Positions 1 through 9,246 are shown, counted from the stretch's first letter. The stretch is 38,536 nucleotides of DNA from Bacillota bacterium (GCA_021849995.1 JAJZSC010000001.1:1-38536); one strand, 5' to 3'. Program-made: numbers and translations. The notes: generated from the sequence alone by a model not told the origin.

Positions 1-312
1 TCTGCAACGTTTGCGATTGGTTCTGCATTAGCTGCCGCTGCTGGAGTGTTGCTCGGCGTGTACTTTAATACTATAGATCCTCTGATGGGTATTATTCCAG
101 GATTGAAAGCCTTCGTTGCGGCTGTACTTGGAGGGATAGGAATTATCCCGGGGGCAATGGTAGGAGGGCTTGTTTTGGGACTTACTGAATCACTTATCAG
201 TGGATTAGGCGCTTCTACCTGGCGGGATGCCGTAGCTTTTCTTATCTTAATTATCGTTCTAATAGTTAAACCGAGTGGACTCTTCGGTAAGAATGTTCGC
301 GAGAAAGTGTAG
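1..312 (+). CDS. livH: Branched-chain amino acid ABC transporter permease, C-terminal part (5' end outside window)
   Basis: Frame 1 is open from base 1. The C-terminus ...PGLKAFVAAVLGGIGIIPGAMVGGLVLGLTESL... is typical of LivH, and livM-livG-livF follow immediately. Confidence 0.85.
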   Translation, partial: SATFAIGSALAAAAGVLLGVYFNTIDPLMGIIPGLKAFVAAVLGGIGIIPGAMVGGLVLGLTESLISGLGASTWRDAVAFLILIIVLIVKPSGLFGKNVREKV

Positions 313-1254
313 GTGAAAGTGATGAGTAGATGGATTAACAGTAAAAACATCTTTATTCTAATTGCCCTACTTGCTATTTACGGGTTAGTACAAGGTATGA
401 CTCTCACTGACACACTTCCACCATTCTATAGATTGAACCTTATTTTAATTTGCATTTATATTATTCTTGCTACCAGTCTTAACTTAATTAACGGTATTAC
501 TGGTCAGTTCTCTATTGGGCATGCTGGATTTATGGCGATTGGTGCATATATTTCAGCTATTATTACAGTAAAACTACATGGCCCTCTCCTATTGGGATTA
601 ATTGCAGGAGCAATAGTATCAGCTATAGCAGGATTCTTGATCGGATTACCAACCCTTAGATTAAAAGGAGATTATCTTGCGATTGCTACTCTGGGATTAG
701 GAGAAATTGTTAGGATCATCTTTTTGAATATCGAGTATGTTGGCGGGGCTTCTGGTTTTTCCGTACCAAAAACCATTACTTGGACATGGGCATTCTGGCT
801 TATGGTTATAAGTGTACTTGTAATCCGAAACTTTATAAATTCAACCCATGGACGAGCTTGTATTTCCATTCGGGAGAATGAGATTGCGGCGGAGGCCATG
901 GGCATTAACACCACAAAATATAAAGTATTGGCTTTTACTATCGGAGCGTTTTTTGCCGGACTGGCCGGGGGAATTTACGCCAACTATATGTATATAATTC
1001 AGCCAATGACCTTTAGCTTCCTGAAATCCTTTGATATATTAGTCATGGTGGTACTTGGCGGTTTAGGAAGTTTGACAGGTAGTATTCTTGGTGCAATATT
1101 TATGACTACTATCGGAGCAGTACTAGCAAGTTTATCGGAGTGGCGTTTGGTAATTACTGCTTTGCTTCTGGTTGTAATGATGCTGTTTAGACCTACAGGA
1201 CTAATGGGCACAAAAGAGTTTAGCTTGAATTTCTTAAAAGGAAAGAAGGGGTGA
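313..1254 (+). CDS. livM: Branched-chain amino acid ABC transporter permease
   Basis: Polytopic membrane protein with the LivM-type motif NLINGITGQFSIGHAGFMAIGAYISA. GTG at 313 (or ATG at 322) directly follows the livH stop. Confidence 0.88.
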   Translation: MKVMSRWINSKNIFILIALLAIYGLVQGMTLTDTLPPFYRLNLILICIYIILATSLNLINGITGQFSIGHAGFMAIGAYISAIITVKLHGPLLLGLIAGAIVSAIAGFLIGLPTLRLKGDYLAIATLGLGEIVRIIFLNIEYVGGASGFSVPKTITWTWAFWLMVISVLVIRNFINSTHGRACISIRENEIAAEAMGINTTKYKVLAFTIGAFFAGLAGGIYANYMYIIQPMTFSFLKSFDILVMVVLGGLGSLTGSILGAIFMTTIGAVLASLSEWRLVITALLLVVMMLFRPTGLMGTKEFSLNFLKGKKG

Positions 1255-1259
1255 GAGAC

Positions 1260-2027
1260 ATGACACTGTTAAAAGTAGAGAATCTCTCTAAATCCTTCGG
1301 GGGACTAAAAGCTGTTTCTAATCTAAACATGGAAATTAGTCAAGGAGAGCTAATCGGCCTTATAGGACCAAATGGCGCCGGTAAGACTACTGCTTTTAAT
1401 CTGCTTACTGGTGTGTATGAACCTAGTGAAGGGAAAATCATCTTTCAGGATAAAAATGTTGCAGGTCTAAAACCCTATCAGGTGACACAGAAAGGTATGG
1501 CCCGTACCTTCCAAAATATTAGACTTTTTGCGGATCTAACTGTGATAGACAATGTTAAGATAGCTTACCACCAGAACACCACGTACTCATCATTTGGGGC
1601 TATCCTGCGTCTTCCTTCCTATTATCGTGGGGAACAGGAGATAGAGGAAAAGGCTATGCAACTTCTGAAGATATTTAAACTAGAAGACAAAGCACAGGAA
1701 GTTGCTAAGAACTTGCCTTACGGGGAGCAAAGACGTTTGGAAATTGCTCGTGCGCTGGCGACTCAGCCAAAACTACTGCTTCTGGATGAACCTGCGGCAG
1801 GAATGAATCCTCAGGAAACACATGATCTAATGGAACTGATTCGCTGGATTAGAAAAGAGTTTGAGCTTACCATCCTCCTGATCGAGCATGATATGTCTCT
1901 GGTTATGGGAGTATGTGAAAGAATCTATGTGTTGGATTATGGAACAATTATTGCCCATGGTACCCCAGCAGAAATCAAAAGTAATCCTAAAGTTATTGAA
2001 GCTTATTTGGGAGAGGAGGTTGTCTGA
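1260..2027 (+). CDS. livG: Branched-chain amino acid ABC transporter ATP-binding protein
   Basis: Walker A GPNGAGKTT, signature LPYGEQRRLEIARAL, Walker B LLLLDEP. ATG 1260 is preceded by GAAGGGG; the ORF track start at 1251 is an upstream GTG. Confidence 0.9.
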   Translation: MTLLKVENLSKSFGGLKAVSNLNMEISQGELIGLIGPNGAGKTTAFNLLTGVYEPSEGKIIFQDKNVAGLKPYQVTQKGMARTFQNIRLFADLTVIDNVKIAYHQNTTYSSFGAILRLPSYYRGEQEIEEKAMQLLKIFKLEDKAQEVAKNLPYGEQRRLEIARALATQPKLLLLDEPAAGMNPQETHDLMELIRWIRKEFELTILLIEHDMSLVMGVCERIYVLDYGTIIAHGTPAEIKSNPKVIEAYLGEEVV

Positions 2028-2731
2028 TGCTTGTACTGGAAAATGTTCACGTTTATTACGGTGCAATACATGCACTTAAAGGGATCTCTCTCGAAGTAAA
2101 TAATGGAGAAATTGTAACTCTTATCGGTTCCAATGGGGCTGGTAAAAGTACGAGCTTAAAGACAATTTCTGGTTTGCTCCGTCCTAAACAAGGGAAGCTT
2201 TCCTTTAATGGTGAGGACTTAAGTTTGGTTCAACCGCAAGCTATTGTATCAAAGGGCATTTCCCAGGTTCCAGAGGGAAGACGGGTATTTGCAAATATGA
2301 CCGTTATGGAGAATCTTGAGCTAGGAGCATTCTTACGGAAGGATAAAGGCGAGATCAAAAAGGATATCGAGAAAGTTTTTGAGTTGTTTCCCCGTTTGAA
2401 TGAGCGCAAAGGCCAATTATCCGGTACCCTATCCGGAGGAGAACAGCAAATGCTGGCAATGGGTCGGGCACTTATGTCACGTCCACAACTCCTTTTGTTA
2501 GATGAACCCTCGATGGGACTCGCGCCTATTTTAGTGAAGCAAATTTTTTCAATCGTTCAAGAGATAAATTCAACTGGAACTACTATCTTACTGGTAGAGC
2601 AGAATGCTCATATGGCACTGTCGATAGCTCACCGTGCCTATGTTATCGAAACAGGAAAGATTGTTTTAGCCGGCGATTCTAAAACTCTTGCTGCCAGTGA
2701 AGAGGTCAAAAAGGCCTATCTCGGCGGATAG
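2027..2731 (+). CDS. livF: Branched-chain amino acid ABC transporter ATP-binding protein
   Basis: Walker A GSNGAGKST, signature LSGGEQQMLAMGRAL, Walker B LLLLDEP. The ATG overlaps the livG TGA (ATGA-type coupling at 2025-2029). Confidence 0.9.
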   Translation: MLVLENVHVYYGAIHALKGISLEVNNGEIVTLIGSNGAGKSTSLKTISGLLRPKQGKLSFNGEDLSLVQPQAIVSKGISQVPEGRRVFANMTVMENLELGAFLRKDKGEIKKDIEKVFELFPRLNERKGQLSGTLSGGEQQMLAMGRALMSRPQLLLLDEPSMGLAPILVKQIFSIVQEINSTGTTILLVEQNAHMALSIAHRAYVIETGKIVLAGDSKTLAASEEVKKAYLGG

Positions 2732-2840
2732 AGTCATATATATAACAGTACATTTTAAATTTTTCAGTTTGAAAGAGGGACTGTAAATGCACGTGGAGAA
2801 TAATTGAGGTAAAAGCTTAGCTTAGATAGGGGGCGGTTCT

Positions 2841-3467
2841 GTGTATGTAGAGCAATTTATGACCTCACAGGTTTTCACTGTAGGGCCAGAGGACAATATT
2901 GCAGATACTATAGCCTTGATGCGGGAGAAAAAAATTAACAGGCTTCCCGTTCTTGACAAAGGTAAACTAGTAGGAATCGTTACTGATGGAGATTTGAGAG
3001 AGGTATCTCCTTCCCCAGCTACTACTTTAAGTATCTTTGAACTCAATTATCTGGTTGCAAAGACCCCGATCAAAGAAATTGCTGTGAAAAAGGTTATAAC
3101 CTGTGGTCCAAAAACAACAATCGAGGAAGCTGCTCTGCTGATGAGAGATCACGAGATTGGCGCTCTACCGGTGGTTGAAGGTGGTAAATTGGTTGGGATT
3201 ATAACTGAGAGCGATATTTTCGACGCGTTTTTAGATATTATGGGTTTCCGTAGTCCCGGACAAAGAGTTGTGATAGAGACAAAGGATGAAATGGGAGTAA
3301 TGTCTGATTTAGCATCAACTATGAAGGATTTCGATGTAAATATTTCTAGTCTTGCAGTATATCACTTGAAGAGCAACAAGGTTCAGATTCTTGCTCGTCT
3401 CTCCGGGGAGGCAATCGGGGAACTTAAAAAGAGCCTGGGAGACAAAGGGTATACTATTTACAATTAG
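2841..3467 (+). CDS. CBS-pair plus C-terminal ACT-like domain protein (AcuB-like)
   Basis: Two CBS-like repeats (..INRLPVLDKGKLVGIVTDGDL.. and ..IGALPVVEGGKLVGIITESDI..) followed by an ACT-like segment (RVVIETKDEMGVMSDLASTMKDFDVNISSL). GTG start follows GGGGGCGG. Confidence 0.75.
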   Translation: MYVEQFMTSQVFTVGPEDNIADTIALMREKKINRLPVLDKGKLVGIVTDGDLREVSPSPATTLSIFELNYLVAKTPIKEIAVKKVITCGPKTTIEEAALLMRDHEIGALPVVEGGKLVGIITESDIFDAFLDIMGFRSPGQRVVIETKDEMGVMSDLASTMKDFDVNISSLAVYHLKSNKVQILARLSGEAIGELKKSLGDKGYTIYN

Positions 3468-3501
3468 AACTTCAATCCAAAGATAGATTAAGTAATTTAT
3501 T

Positions 3502-3526
3502 AAGCACCTATATGGTGCTTTTTTTG
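3502..3526 (+). terminator. Rho-independent terminator after the CBS/ACT gene
   Basis: AAGCACC-TATAT-GGTGCTT hairpin followed by a T run. Confidence 0.7.
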
Positions 3527-3613
3527 GCAGAAAGTATATCTTTCAGGGTGCATACGCGAATCTAGGCAGCAGCCTGTGCCTAAGGCTTGGCGCAAGCCAA
3601 GACTTCTTTACAC
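3527..3613 (+). repeat. Dispersed intergenic repeat, copy A (full length)
   Basis: GGCAGAAAGTATATCTTTCAGGGTGCATACGCGAATCTAGGCAGCAGCCTGTGCCTAAGGCTTGGCGCAAGCCAAGACTTCTTTACAC. It aligns by eye with copies at 6440, 14453, 21044(-), 21186(-), 26088, 31503, 31882 and 32519. Confidence 0.8.
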
Positions 3614-3636
3614 ATTCAGAAATTATTCAGAAATTT

Positions 3637-3695
3637 GGGGTGACATAAGTGTAACCTCCGGCTTTTGCCTTTCTGAGGCTTGGCCGAGCCTATAT
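3637..3695 (+). repeat. Dispersed intergenic repeat, degenerate copy A2 in tandem with copy A
   Basis: GGGGTGACATAAGTGTAACCTCCGGCTTTTGCCTTTCTGAGGCTTGGCCGAGCC resembles the GGGTGCAT..AGGC..GCCT..AGGCTTGGCGC.AGCC core but is diverged. Confidence 0.45.
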
Positions 3696-3833
3696 TTTTT
3701 CACTATAAGTAGAGAATAATATGACAGGATGACTTGAATCAAATATATATATGAGTTAAGCTACCATAAGTAGAGTAAGATACTTAAAAATCAGGGCAAA
3801 AATTTTATCTGAGCATAGGAGCTGTTTCGAGTA

Positions 3834-4268
3834 ATGTTTTTGTTTAATCGTTCTATCAATGTAAGTGTTACAAAGGATCACGATCATGTAATAAACATAC
3901 AGAGTTTTTTACTAGATAGTCATCACGAGATTTCACTTGCAATCCGGGTTGATCCTGAAACGGACACAATAATTTATGCTTCAGCGGAACTATGTCGGAC
4001 TCTTCATGACGATTGTAAGATTACTCAAGAACTAGTAAAGAATCTAATAGGAATTACTTTTACTCGTGATATACGTAAGCAGATAGTAACAGCCATAGGA
4101 CGTGATAAAGGCTGCACACATTTGACTGATTTGACGATAGAATGTGTTAAAGCTTTCAAACAGGCAAAATTCCGACTTATGTCTCTTACATTATCCAAGC
4201 CTGAGCTTGAAAGGCAGTTAAGAGATTACTTAGTAGGAACTTGTTTTCACTTCAGAGTTAAAGTTTGA
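3834..4268 (+). CDS. DUF2889 family protein
   Basis: 144 aa with the ..GRDKGCTHLTDL.. motif that I associate with DUF2889. The RBS is rather distant (GGAG about 12 nt upstream). Confidence 0.6.
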   Translation: MFLFNRSINVSVTKDHDHVINIQSFLLDSHHEISLAIRVDPETDTIIYASAELCRTLHDDCKITQELVKNLIGITFTRDIRKQIVTAIGRDKGCTHLTDLTIECVKAFKQAKFRLMSLTLSKPELERQLRDYLVGTCFHFRVKV

Positions 4269-4333
4269 AATTAAGCCAAATCGAGCTTACCATTATATCT
4301 GTTTTTTTCAAAATATGGTTTAACCATATTGAG

Positions 4334-4435
4334 GTGTTTCTGAATAAAGTATTTCTGAATAAAGTATTTCTAAATGAAGTATTTCTAAATGAAGTATTTC
4401 TAAATGAAGTATTTCTAAATGAAGTATTTCTAAAT
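4334..4435. repeat. 15-bp tandem repeat, about 6.8 units (GTATTTCTRAATRAA)
   Basis: Units start at 4334, 4349, 4364, 4379, 4394, 4409 and 4424. The first two units are the GAATAAA variant and the rest are TAAATGAA. The last four full units are identical. Confidence 0.95.
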
Positions 4436-4453
4436 TATGACTCTGGAATCAAG

Positions 4454-4483
4454 TTGTTAACATGACTAAAATGATGATATACT
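4454..4483 (+). promoter_or_regulatory. Candidate sigma-A promoter for tRNA-Sec
   Basis: TTGTTA (4454-4459), 18-nt spacer, extended -10 TGaTATACT (4475-4483). It sits 18 nt upstream of the mature tRNA 5' end. Confidence 0.5.
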
Positions 4484-4500
4484 ATTAAAGTATCAGTAAT

Positions 4501-4598
4501 GGGGATGGATGGTGGCTGGTGCTGCCCCCGGACTTCAAATCCGCGTGTCGGGACGCAGAACGTTCCGTGGTGTGTTCGATTCGCACACATCCCCGCCA
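4501..4598 (+). tRNA. selC: tRNA-Sec (anticodon UCA)
   Basis: 98 nt. Acceptor GGGGATG(G)/(A)CATCCCC plus G-CCA. 6-bp D stem GGTGGC/GCTGCC with 4-nt loop TGGT. Anticodon loop CTTCAAA. Long variable arm GGGACG-CAGAA-CGTTCC. T arm GTGTG-TTCGATT-CGCAC. The 6-bp D stem with 4-nt loop and the long extra arm are hallmarks of bacterial tRNA-Sec. Confidence 0.88.
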
Positions 4599-4616
4599 TT
4601 TTAAATGTTAACGTAG

Positions 4617-4638
4617 CGGCAATATAGGGCCGTTTTTT
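4617..4638 (+). terminator. Weak terminator-like hairpin after selC
   Basis: CGGC-AATATAGG-GCCG followed by TTTTTT. The stem is short. Confidence 0.35.
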
Positions 4639-4759
4639 ATTTTACGAATAAAAATCAGCTCTCTAAAACTTCAGCAGGATTTTAATTGCCTAAAAAGAAT
4701 TCCTTAGTTTAGAGTAAATCGGGGTAAGCTTCAAAAGCATAACTGTTGGAGGGAGAAAT

Positions 4760-5500
4760 ATGAATTTTTTTGACATCATAATCTTCGGCTTAGTCTTGCT
4801 CGGGGCATTACAGGGGTATCGCAAAGGACTGCTCACGGGAATAGGTAATCTAATCGGAAATATACTTGGCTTCGTAGTTGCCGCTAATGAATACATTACT
4901 GTTCTTAATTGGCTGGAAAAACAATTTCCTATTAGACAGTGGGTAGAACCTGCTATATATAAGCTAGTTTTGCCATCTGTCAAGGCACAGGCAAGTAAGG
5001 TCGAACAACAAGCGCTTGATAAGGTAATGGGTCTTATTCCACAGGAGTGGCGATCTCTTATTCCAGGCAATGTGGGTTCAGACTATAGCTCATTATCTCA
5101 AGCGGCAACTCAGAACGCCGCCGCCAAGATTTCAGTAGTTCTTACGGATAACGTATTAAGAATCTTTGCCTTTACTCTGGTGTATTTTGTCGTAGTTCTA
5201 CTGATTCAGGTGCTAGTGGCAGCTCTTTTGAGTCCTTTGGGCAGGTATGGAGGCTTGTTGAATGAGGGTGGAGGATTCTTATTTGGGGCGCTAAGTGTTT
5301 TTGTGGGTTTATCAATCATTGCGGGTCTTTTGTCACCGGTAGTACAAATCTTTTCTTCCTCCGGTTCTATTTGGCAAAGCATGATTGGATCGATGTCTTA
5401 TCCATATCTTGTGAAGACGTACAATTTCCTTCAACATTTTTTGGCCATTGGAATTAACGATACTTTCTTTAAAGATTTTCCTACTGGGAAGATATTATAA
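4760..5500 (+). CDS. CvpA family membrane protein
   Basis: N-terminus MNFFDIIIFGLVLLGALQGYRKGLL is typical of CvpA. Multiple TM segments. RBS GGAGGGAG upstream. Confidence 0.7.
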   Translation: MNFFDIIIFGLVLLGALQGYRKGLLTGIGNLIGNILGFVVAANEYITVLNWLEKQFPIRQWVEPAIYKLVLPSVKAQASKVEQQALDKVMGLIPQEWRSLIPGNVGSDYSSLSQAATQNAAAKISVVLTDNVLRIFAFTLVYFVVVLLIQVLVAALLSPLGRYGGLLNEGGGFLFGALSVFVGLSIIAGLLSPVVQIFSSSGSIWQSMIGSMSYPYLVKTYNFLQHFLAIGINDTFFKDFPTGKIL

Positions 5501-5577
5501 TTAGGTAAGTGAGTATAATTATAAATCACGGATAATGAAATACTAAGAACACGCTTAGTATAGGTAGGTGTTGTTTT

Positions 5578-6429
5578 ATGAGTAATTGGTTTGCCGGACA
5601 GTTGTCAGGAATAGACTGGAACACACTGGGGCTTAATTTGGTAAAATCAACATGGTATATATTGAAGGTTTTGATCTTAGCTAGATTATCCTACATAGTA
5701 ATAATTTACTTTCTAAGAAGACTTCTTGTTCAGCGTACAGGGAAAATTCTTATCAACGAAAGGAAAGCTAATACCCTGTTTCCTTTGTTAAGAAGTATAA
5801 CTTTTTATGTTATTACTTTTACGTTTATTCTTAGCATTCTTAAGAATGTTTTTTCCATTGAGACGGGTACACTTCTTGCATCCGCCAGTGTTCTCGGGGT
5901 CGCGCTGGGTTTCGGTGCTCAGAGTTTTATTAAGGATATTATAGGTGGTTTTTTTATCTTATTTGAGGATCAGTATGCTGTTGGGGAGTATATAAAAGCA
6001 GGTGAGTTTTCAGGTACTGTTGAAGAGATCGGGATTAGGGCAACTCGTTTGCGCGATTGGAGCGGAGAACTACACATTATCCCTAATGGAAGCATTACAG
6101 CTGTTACGAATTTTAACAGGGGTAAGATGAGGGCTTTGGTTGACATTCATTTACCGTATGATGAGGACATAGACCATGCTATGGAAGTTATGCACAAAGT
6201 ATGTGACGAAGTTGCAGGTGAGTATAAAGATAAAATTGTTGATAAACCCTCAGTACAAGGTGTAATCCAATTTGGGGAACATAATGCCGTCTTAAGGGTA
6301 ATTGCTTATACTAAACCCAACGAGCAGTGGGAACTTGAGCGGGAGTTGCGTCGGAGAGTTCATAAGGCTTTTTTGAATGAAGGGATACGTATTCCTCAGG
6401 CTTATACCTTTAAGCTACATGAAAAATAA
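5578..6429 (+). CDS. Small-conductance mechanosensitive channel (MscS family)
   Basis: TM segments followed by ..GAQSFIKDIIGGFFILFEDQYAVGEYI..GTVEEIGIRATRLRDWSGELHIIPNGSI.., which is the MscS pore helix plus beta domain. Confidence 0.85.
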   Translation: MSNWFAGQLSGIDWNTLGLNLVKSTWYILKVLILARLSYIVIIYFLRRLLVQRTGKILINERKANTLFPLLRSITFYVITFTFILSILKNVFSIETGTLLASASVLGVALGFGAQSFIKDIIGGFFILFEDQYAVGEYIKAGEFSGTVEEIGIRATRLRDWSGELHIIPNGSITAVTNFNRGKMRALVDIHLPYDEDIDHAMEVMHKVCDEVAGEYKDKIVDKPSVQGVIQFGEHNAVLRVIAYTKPNEQWELERELRRRVHKAFLNEGIRIPQAYTFKLHEK

Positions 6430-6439
6430 ATTAAGTAGA

Positions 6440-6522
6440 CCCTCATGCAGCACACGGAAAAACGACAACGTGCAGACTTTTGAGCCTGCGCTAAGGCCTG
6501 GCGCCAGCCAAGATTTCTTTAT
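6440..6522 (+). repeat. Dispersed intergenic repeat, copy B (5' half diverged)
   Basis: ..GAGCCTGCGCTAAGGCCTGGCGCCAGCCAAGATTTCTTTATGG matches the 3' core of the family. It begins 11 nt after the mscS stop. Confidence 0.6.
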
Positions 6523-6569
6523 GGAGGTCAGACTTATAACAAGTTCGAATACAGTTGAGGAGGATAAAA

Positions 6570-6767
6570 ATGCACTTTAATATAGGTGACATTGTTAGGT
6601 TACGAAAACCTCATCCATGTGGTAGTACGGATTGGAAAATAATGCGGACCGGGATGGATTTCAGAATTCAATGTATTGGATGTCAACATCAGGCTTGGAT
6701 TCCGAGAGTTAAACTTGAGCGGAATTTGAAAGCTGTTTTATCAAGAGCTGAAGAAACTGAGGAGTAA
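6570..6767 (+). CDS. DUF951 family protein (YyzM-like)
   Basis: MHFNIGDIVRLRKPHPCGSTDWKIMRTGMDFRIQCIGCQH.. ATG 6570 follows GAGGAGGA. It lies upstream of ychF, as yyzM does in Bacillus. Confidence 0.75.
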   Translation: MHFNIGDIVRLRKPHPCGSTDWKIMRTGMDFRIQCIGCQHQAWIPRVKLERNLKAVLSRAEETEE

Positions 6768-6991
6768 TTAGACGATAACTTTATAACTAATCGATTGAAA
6801 ATTCTTACTTAAAGCAATAGCTCTTTTCAGGAAGACATCAACTTATCGGTGAATCTAACAATTAGCTTGCGGGAATCGCTTAGTTTCAATATAATCGTAG
6901 AGAATGCTCATCCGTATCCGTCTTTGGTTAAAGTGCAAATGGATACTGATTTTAAAGCTAAAATATCTGGCGAAGTTTTTGGAGGTCGAGT

Positions 6992-8092
6992 ATGACATTA
7001 CATGTAGGAATCGTAGGGCTACCCAATGTAGGTAAGTCCACCTTGTTTAACGCCATTACCCAAGCTGGTGCAGAAGCGGCAAATTATCCTTTCTGTACTA
7101 TTGACCCAAATGTCGGAATGGTTAACGTACCAGATACAAGGTTAAACGTACTAGCCGATATGGTGCATCCAGATAGGATTGTTCCCGCCACTGTCGAATT
7201 TGTGGATATCGCAGGACTAGTTAAGGGAGCCAGTAAAGGTGAAGGACTGGGAAACAAGTTCCTGGCTCATATTCGAGAAGTGGATTCTATAGTACATGTT
7301 GTCAGGTGCTTTGAAGATACAAATGTTGTCCATGTAGAGGGCAGTGTTGATCCGCGGAGAGATATCGAAACGATTCAGTTGGAATTAGTACTCTCCGATC
7401 TGGAAAGCATAGAAAAAAGAACTGAACGCACAGCTAAACTTTTGAAGTCTGGTGATAAAAAAGCCCAGATAGAAGTCGACCTTCTGCGTAGGTTAAAGGA
7501 AACTTTTGACCTAGGAAAAGGGGCGAGGACACTGACCTATAGTGATGAAGAGAGGGAAGTTTTAAAAGGGTTACCTCTACTCACCTTAAAGCCAGTACTC
7601 TATGCAGCAAATGTAAGTGAGGAAGAGATATCAAATCCGGATGGGAATAAATATGTCCAACAAGTGCGGGAATTAGCTGCCGAAGAAGGGTCGGAGGTAG
7701 TTGTTATTTGTGCTAAAATTGAGTCGGAGATTGCGGAGTTGGAAGAAGAGGAGAAAGAGGTTTTTCTTGCTGATCTTGGGCTAAAGGAATCCGGTTTGGA
7801 CAGACTGATTAGAGCAGCTTTTCATTTACTTGGCTTAATGACTTACTTTACTGCTGGACAGATGGAAGTCAGGGCCTGGACCATCAGGAGGGGTACCAAG
7901 GCTCCTCAGGCAGCGGGAGTTATTCACACAGATTTTGAGCGGGGATTTATTAGAGCGGAAGTGGTGGCTTACAAAGATTTTGTAGAGCATGACGGAATGA
8001 ACGGAGCTAAGGAAAAAGGGTTGGTGAGGCTTGAAGGAAAAGATTATGTCGTAAATGACGGGGATATTATGCATTTCAGATTTAATGTATAG
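6992..8092 (+). CDS. ychF: Ribosome-binding ATPase YchF
   Basis: 366 aa, G1 motif [13 protein letters not shown], typical length and C-terminal TGS-like domain. Confidence 0.93.
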   Translation: MTLHVGIVGLPNVGKSTLFNAITQAGAEAANYPFCTIDPNVGMVNVPDTRLNVLADMVHPDRIVPATVEFVDIAGLVKGASKGEGLGNKFLAHIREVDSIVHVVRCFEDTNVVHVEGSVDPRRDIETIQLELVLSDLESIEKRTERTAKLLKSGDKKAQIEVDLLRRLKETFDLGKGARTLTYSDEEREVLKGLPLLTLKPVLYAANVSEEEISNPDGNKYVQQVRELAAEEGSEVVVICAKIESEIAELEEEEKEVFLADLGLKESGLDRLIRAAFHLLGLMTYFTAGQMEVRAWTIRRGTKAPQAAGVIHTDFERGFIRAEVVAYKDFVEHDGMNGAKEKGLVRLEGKDYVVNDGDIMHFRFNV

Positions 8093-8181
8093 GGAAATAG
8101 CTTATCTAAACAATTTCTTCAAATCAAGAAATCCTTATTGTGTAAATTATGTATAAATTAATTAATCTGGATATATTTAAT

Positions 8182-8210
8182 TTGCATTTATATGGTCCAG
8201 ATGTTATAAT
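8182..8210 (+). promoter_or_regulatory. Candidate sigma-A promoter of the rpsF-ssb-rpsR operon
   Basis: TTGCAT (8182-8187), 17-nt spacer, TATAAT (8205-8210). Confidence 0.6.
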
Positions 8211-8279
8211 TCTACAATGTGATTCCATAAATATCCCTGCTCCTAAAGGAGCCGCTTAAGTCCGAGGGGAGGTGCAAGC

Positions 8280-8567
8280 ATGAAAGCTTACGAAGTACTG
8301 TATATCATCCGTCCTGATATGGATGATGAGGCGATTACTACTACCGTGGACAAGTTGTCTGAAGTTGTTAATGCAAACGGTGGAGCAGATTTATCTGTTG
8401 ATAAGTGGGGTAAGCGTCGCTTGGCTTATGAAATTAATGATTATCGGGAAGGTTTCTATGTCCTGATGAACTTTAATGGAGAAGCCCGTACTGCGCAAGA
8501 ACTTGAACGGATCATGAAGATTTCTGATTCCGTCATGAGGTTCTTAACTACTAAAAAAGAAGATTAA
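8280..8567 (+). CDS. rpsF: 30S ribosomal protein S6
   Basis: MKAYEVLYIIRPD... 95 aa, with conserved rpsF-ssb-rpsR order. Confidence 0.95.
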   Translation: MKAYEVLYIIRPDMDDEAITTTVDKLSEVVNANGGADLSVDKWGKRRLAYEINDYREGFYVLMNFNGEARTAQELERIMKISDSVMRFLTTKKED

Positions 8568-8582
8568 TATGGAGGGGTTTCG

Positions 8583-8993
8583 ATGTTGAATCGCGTCGTT
8601 CTTATTGGCCGGTTAACAAAAGACCCCGAGCTTCGCTATACACCCAGCGGAGTTGCTGTAGCGAGTTTTACTCTGGCAGTTGACCGTAATTATAAAAATG
8701 CCCAGGGTGAAAGGGAGACGGATTTTATCCCTTGTGTTGTCTACAGGCAGCTTGCTGAGTTATGTGCTAATTATTTAGCAAAAGGACGTTTAGCCGCCAT
8801 TGACGGTCGTATTCAGGTGCGTTCATTTAATGGCCAAGACGGCCAGCGACGTTGGGTTACCGAGGTTATTGCTGAGAATGTTCGCTTCCTAAGTCCCAAA
8901 GAGGGTAATAACAATTACACAGGAACGTCTGACTCCATGGGGGCCGGAACGTTCGGACATGAGGTGAGTTTAGATGACGACATCCCATTCTAG
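8583..8993 (+). CDS. ssb: Single-stranded DNA-binding protein
   Basis: [25 protein letters not shown] fold and acidic C-terminal tail DDDIPF. Confidence 0.95.
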   Translation: MLNRVVLIGRLTKDPELRYTPSGVAVASFTLAVDRNYKNAQGERETDFIPCVVYRQLAELCANYLAKGRLAAIDGRIQVRSFNGQDGQRRWVTEVIAENVRFLSPKEGNNNYTGTSDSMGAGTFGHEVSLDDDIPF

Positions 8994-9015
8994 AAGGGAA
9001 GGGGAGAACAATAAT

Positions 9016-9246
9016 ATGAAGCGTGAACGCGGTCGCCGCCCACGCAAAAGAGTTTGTAGCTTTTGTGTTGATAAAGTTGAATCTCTCGATTACAAAGAGA
9101 CTCATAAACTGCGTAAGTATGTTACAGAACGTGGCAAAATCTTGCCCCGACGCATTTCCGGGAACTGTGCAAAGCATCAGCGTCAGGTAACTGTTGCAAT
9201 TAAAAGAGCTCGTAGTATTGCGTTGTTGCCATATAGTGTAGAATAA
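9016..9246 (+). CDS. rpsR: 30S ribosomal protein S18
   Basis: ..[35 protein letters not shown].. ATG 9016 follows GGGGAG. The ORF-track start at 8974 overlaps ssb and lacks an RBS. Confidence 0.93.
   Translation: MKRERGRRPRKRVCSFCVDKVESLDYKETHKLRKYVTERGKILPRRISGNCAKHQRQVTVAIKRARSIALLPYSVE

Noticed and set aside
4334-4435. Possible CRISPR array
   Set aside because: The units are contiguous 15-mers with no unique spacers between them, and no cas genes are present. This is a tandem repeat, not a CRISPR array.
4265-4465. 66-aa ORF encoding VFLNK/VFLNE repeats
   Set aside because: It is simply the translation of the 15-bp tandem DNA repeat. There is no RBS, it starts at a non-ATG codon overlapping the DUF2889 stop, and it runs into the selC promoter.
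6377-6580. 67-aa ORF between mscS and the DUF951 gene
   Set aside because: It overlaps the mscS 3' end and translates repeat copy B. There is no RBS.
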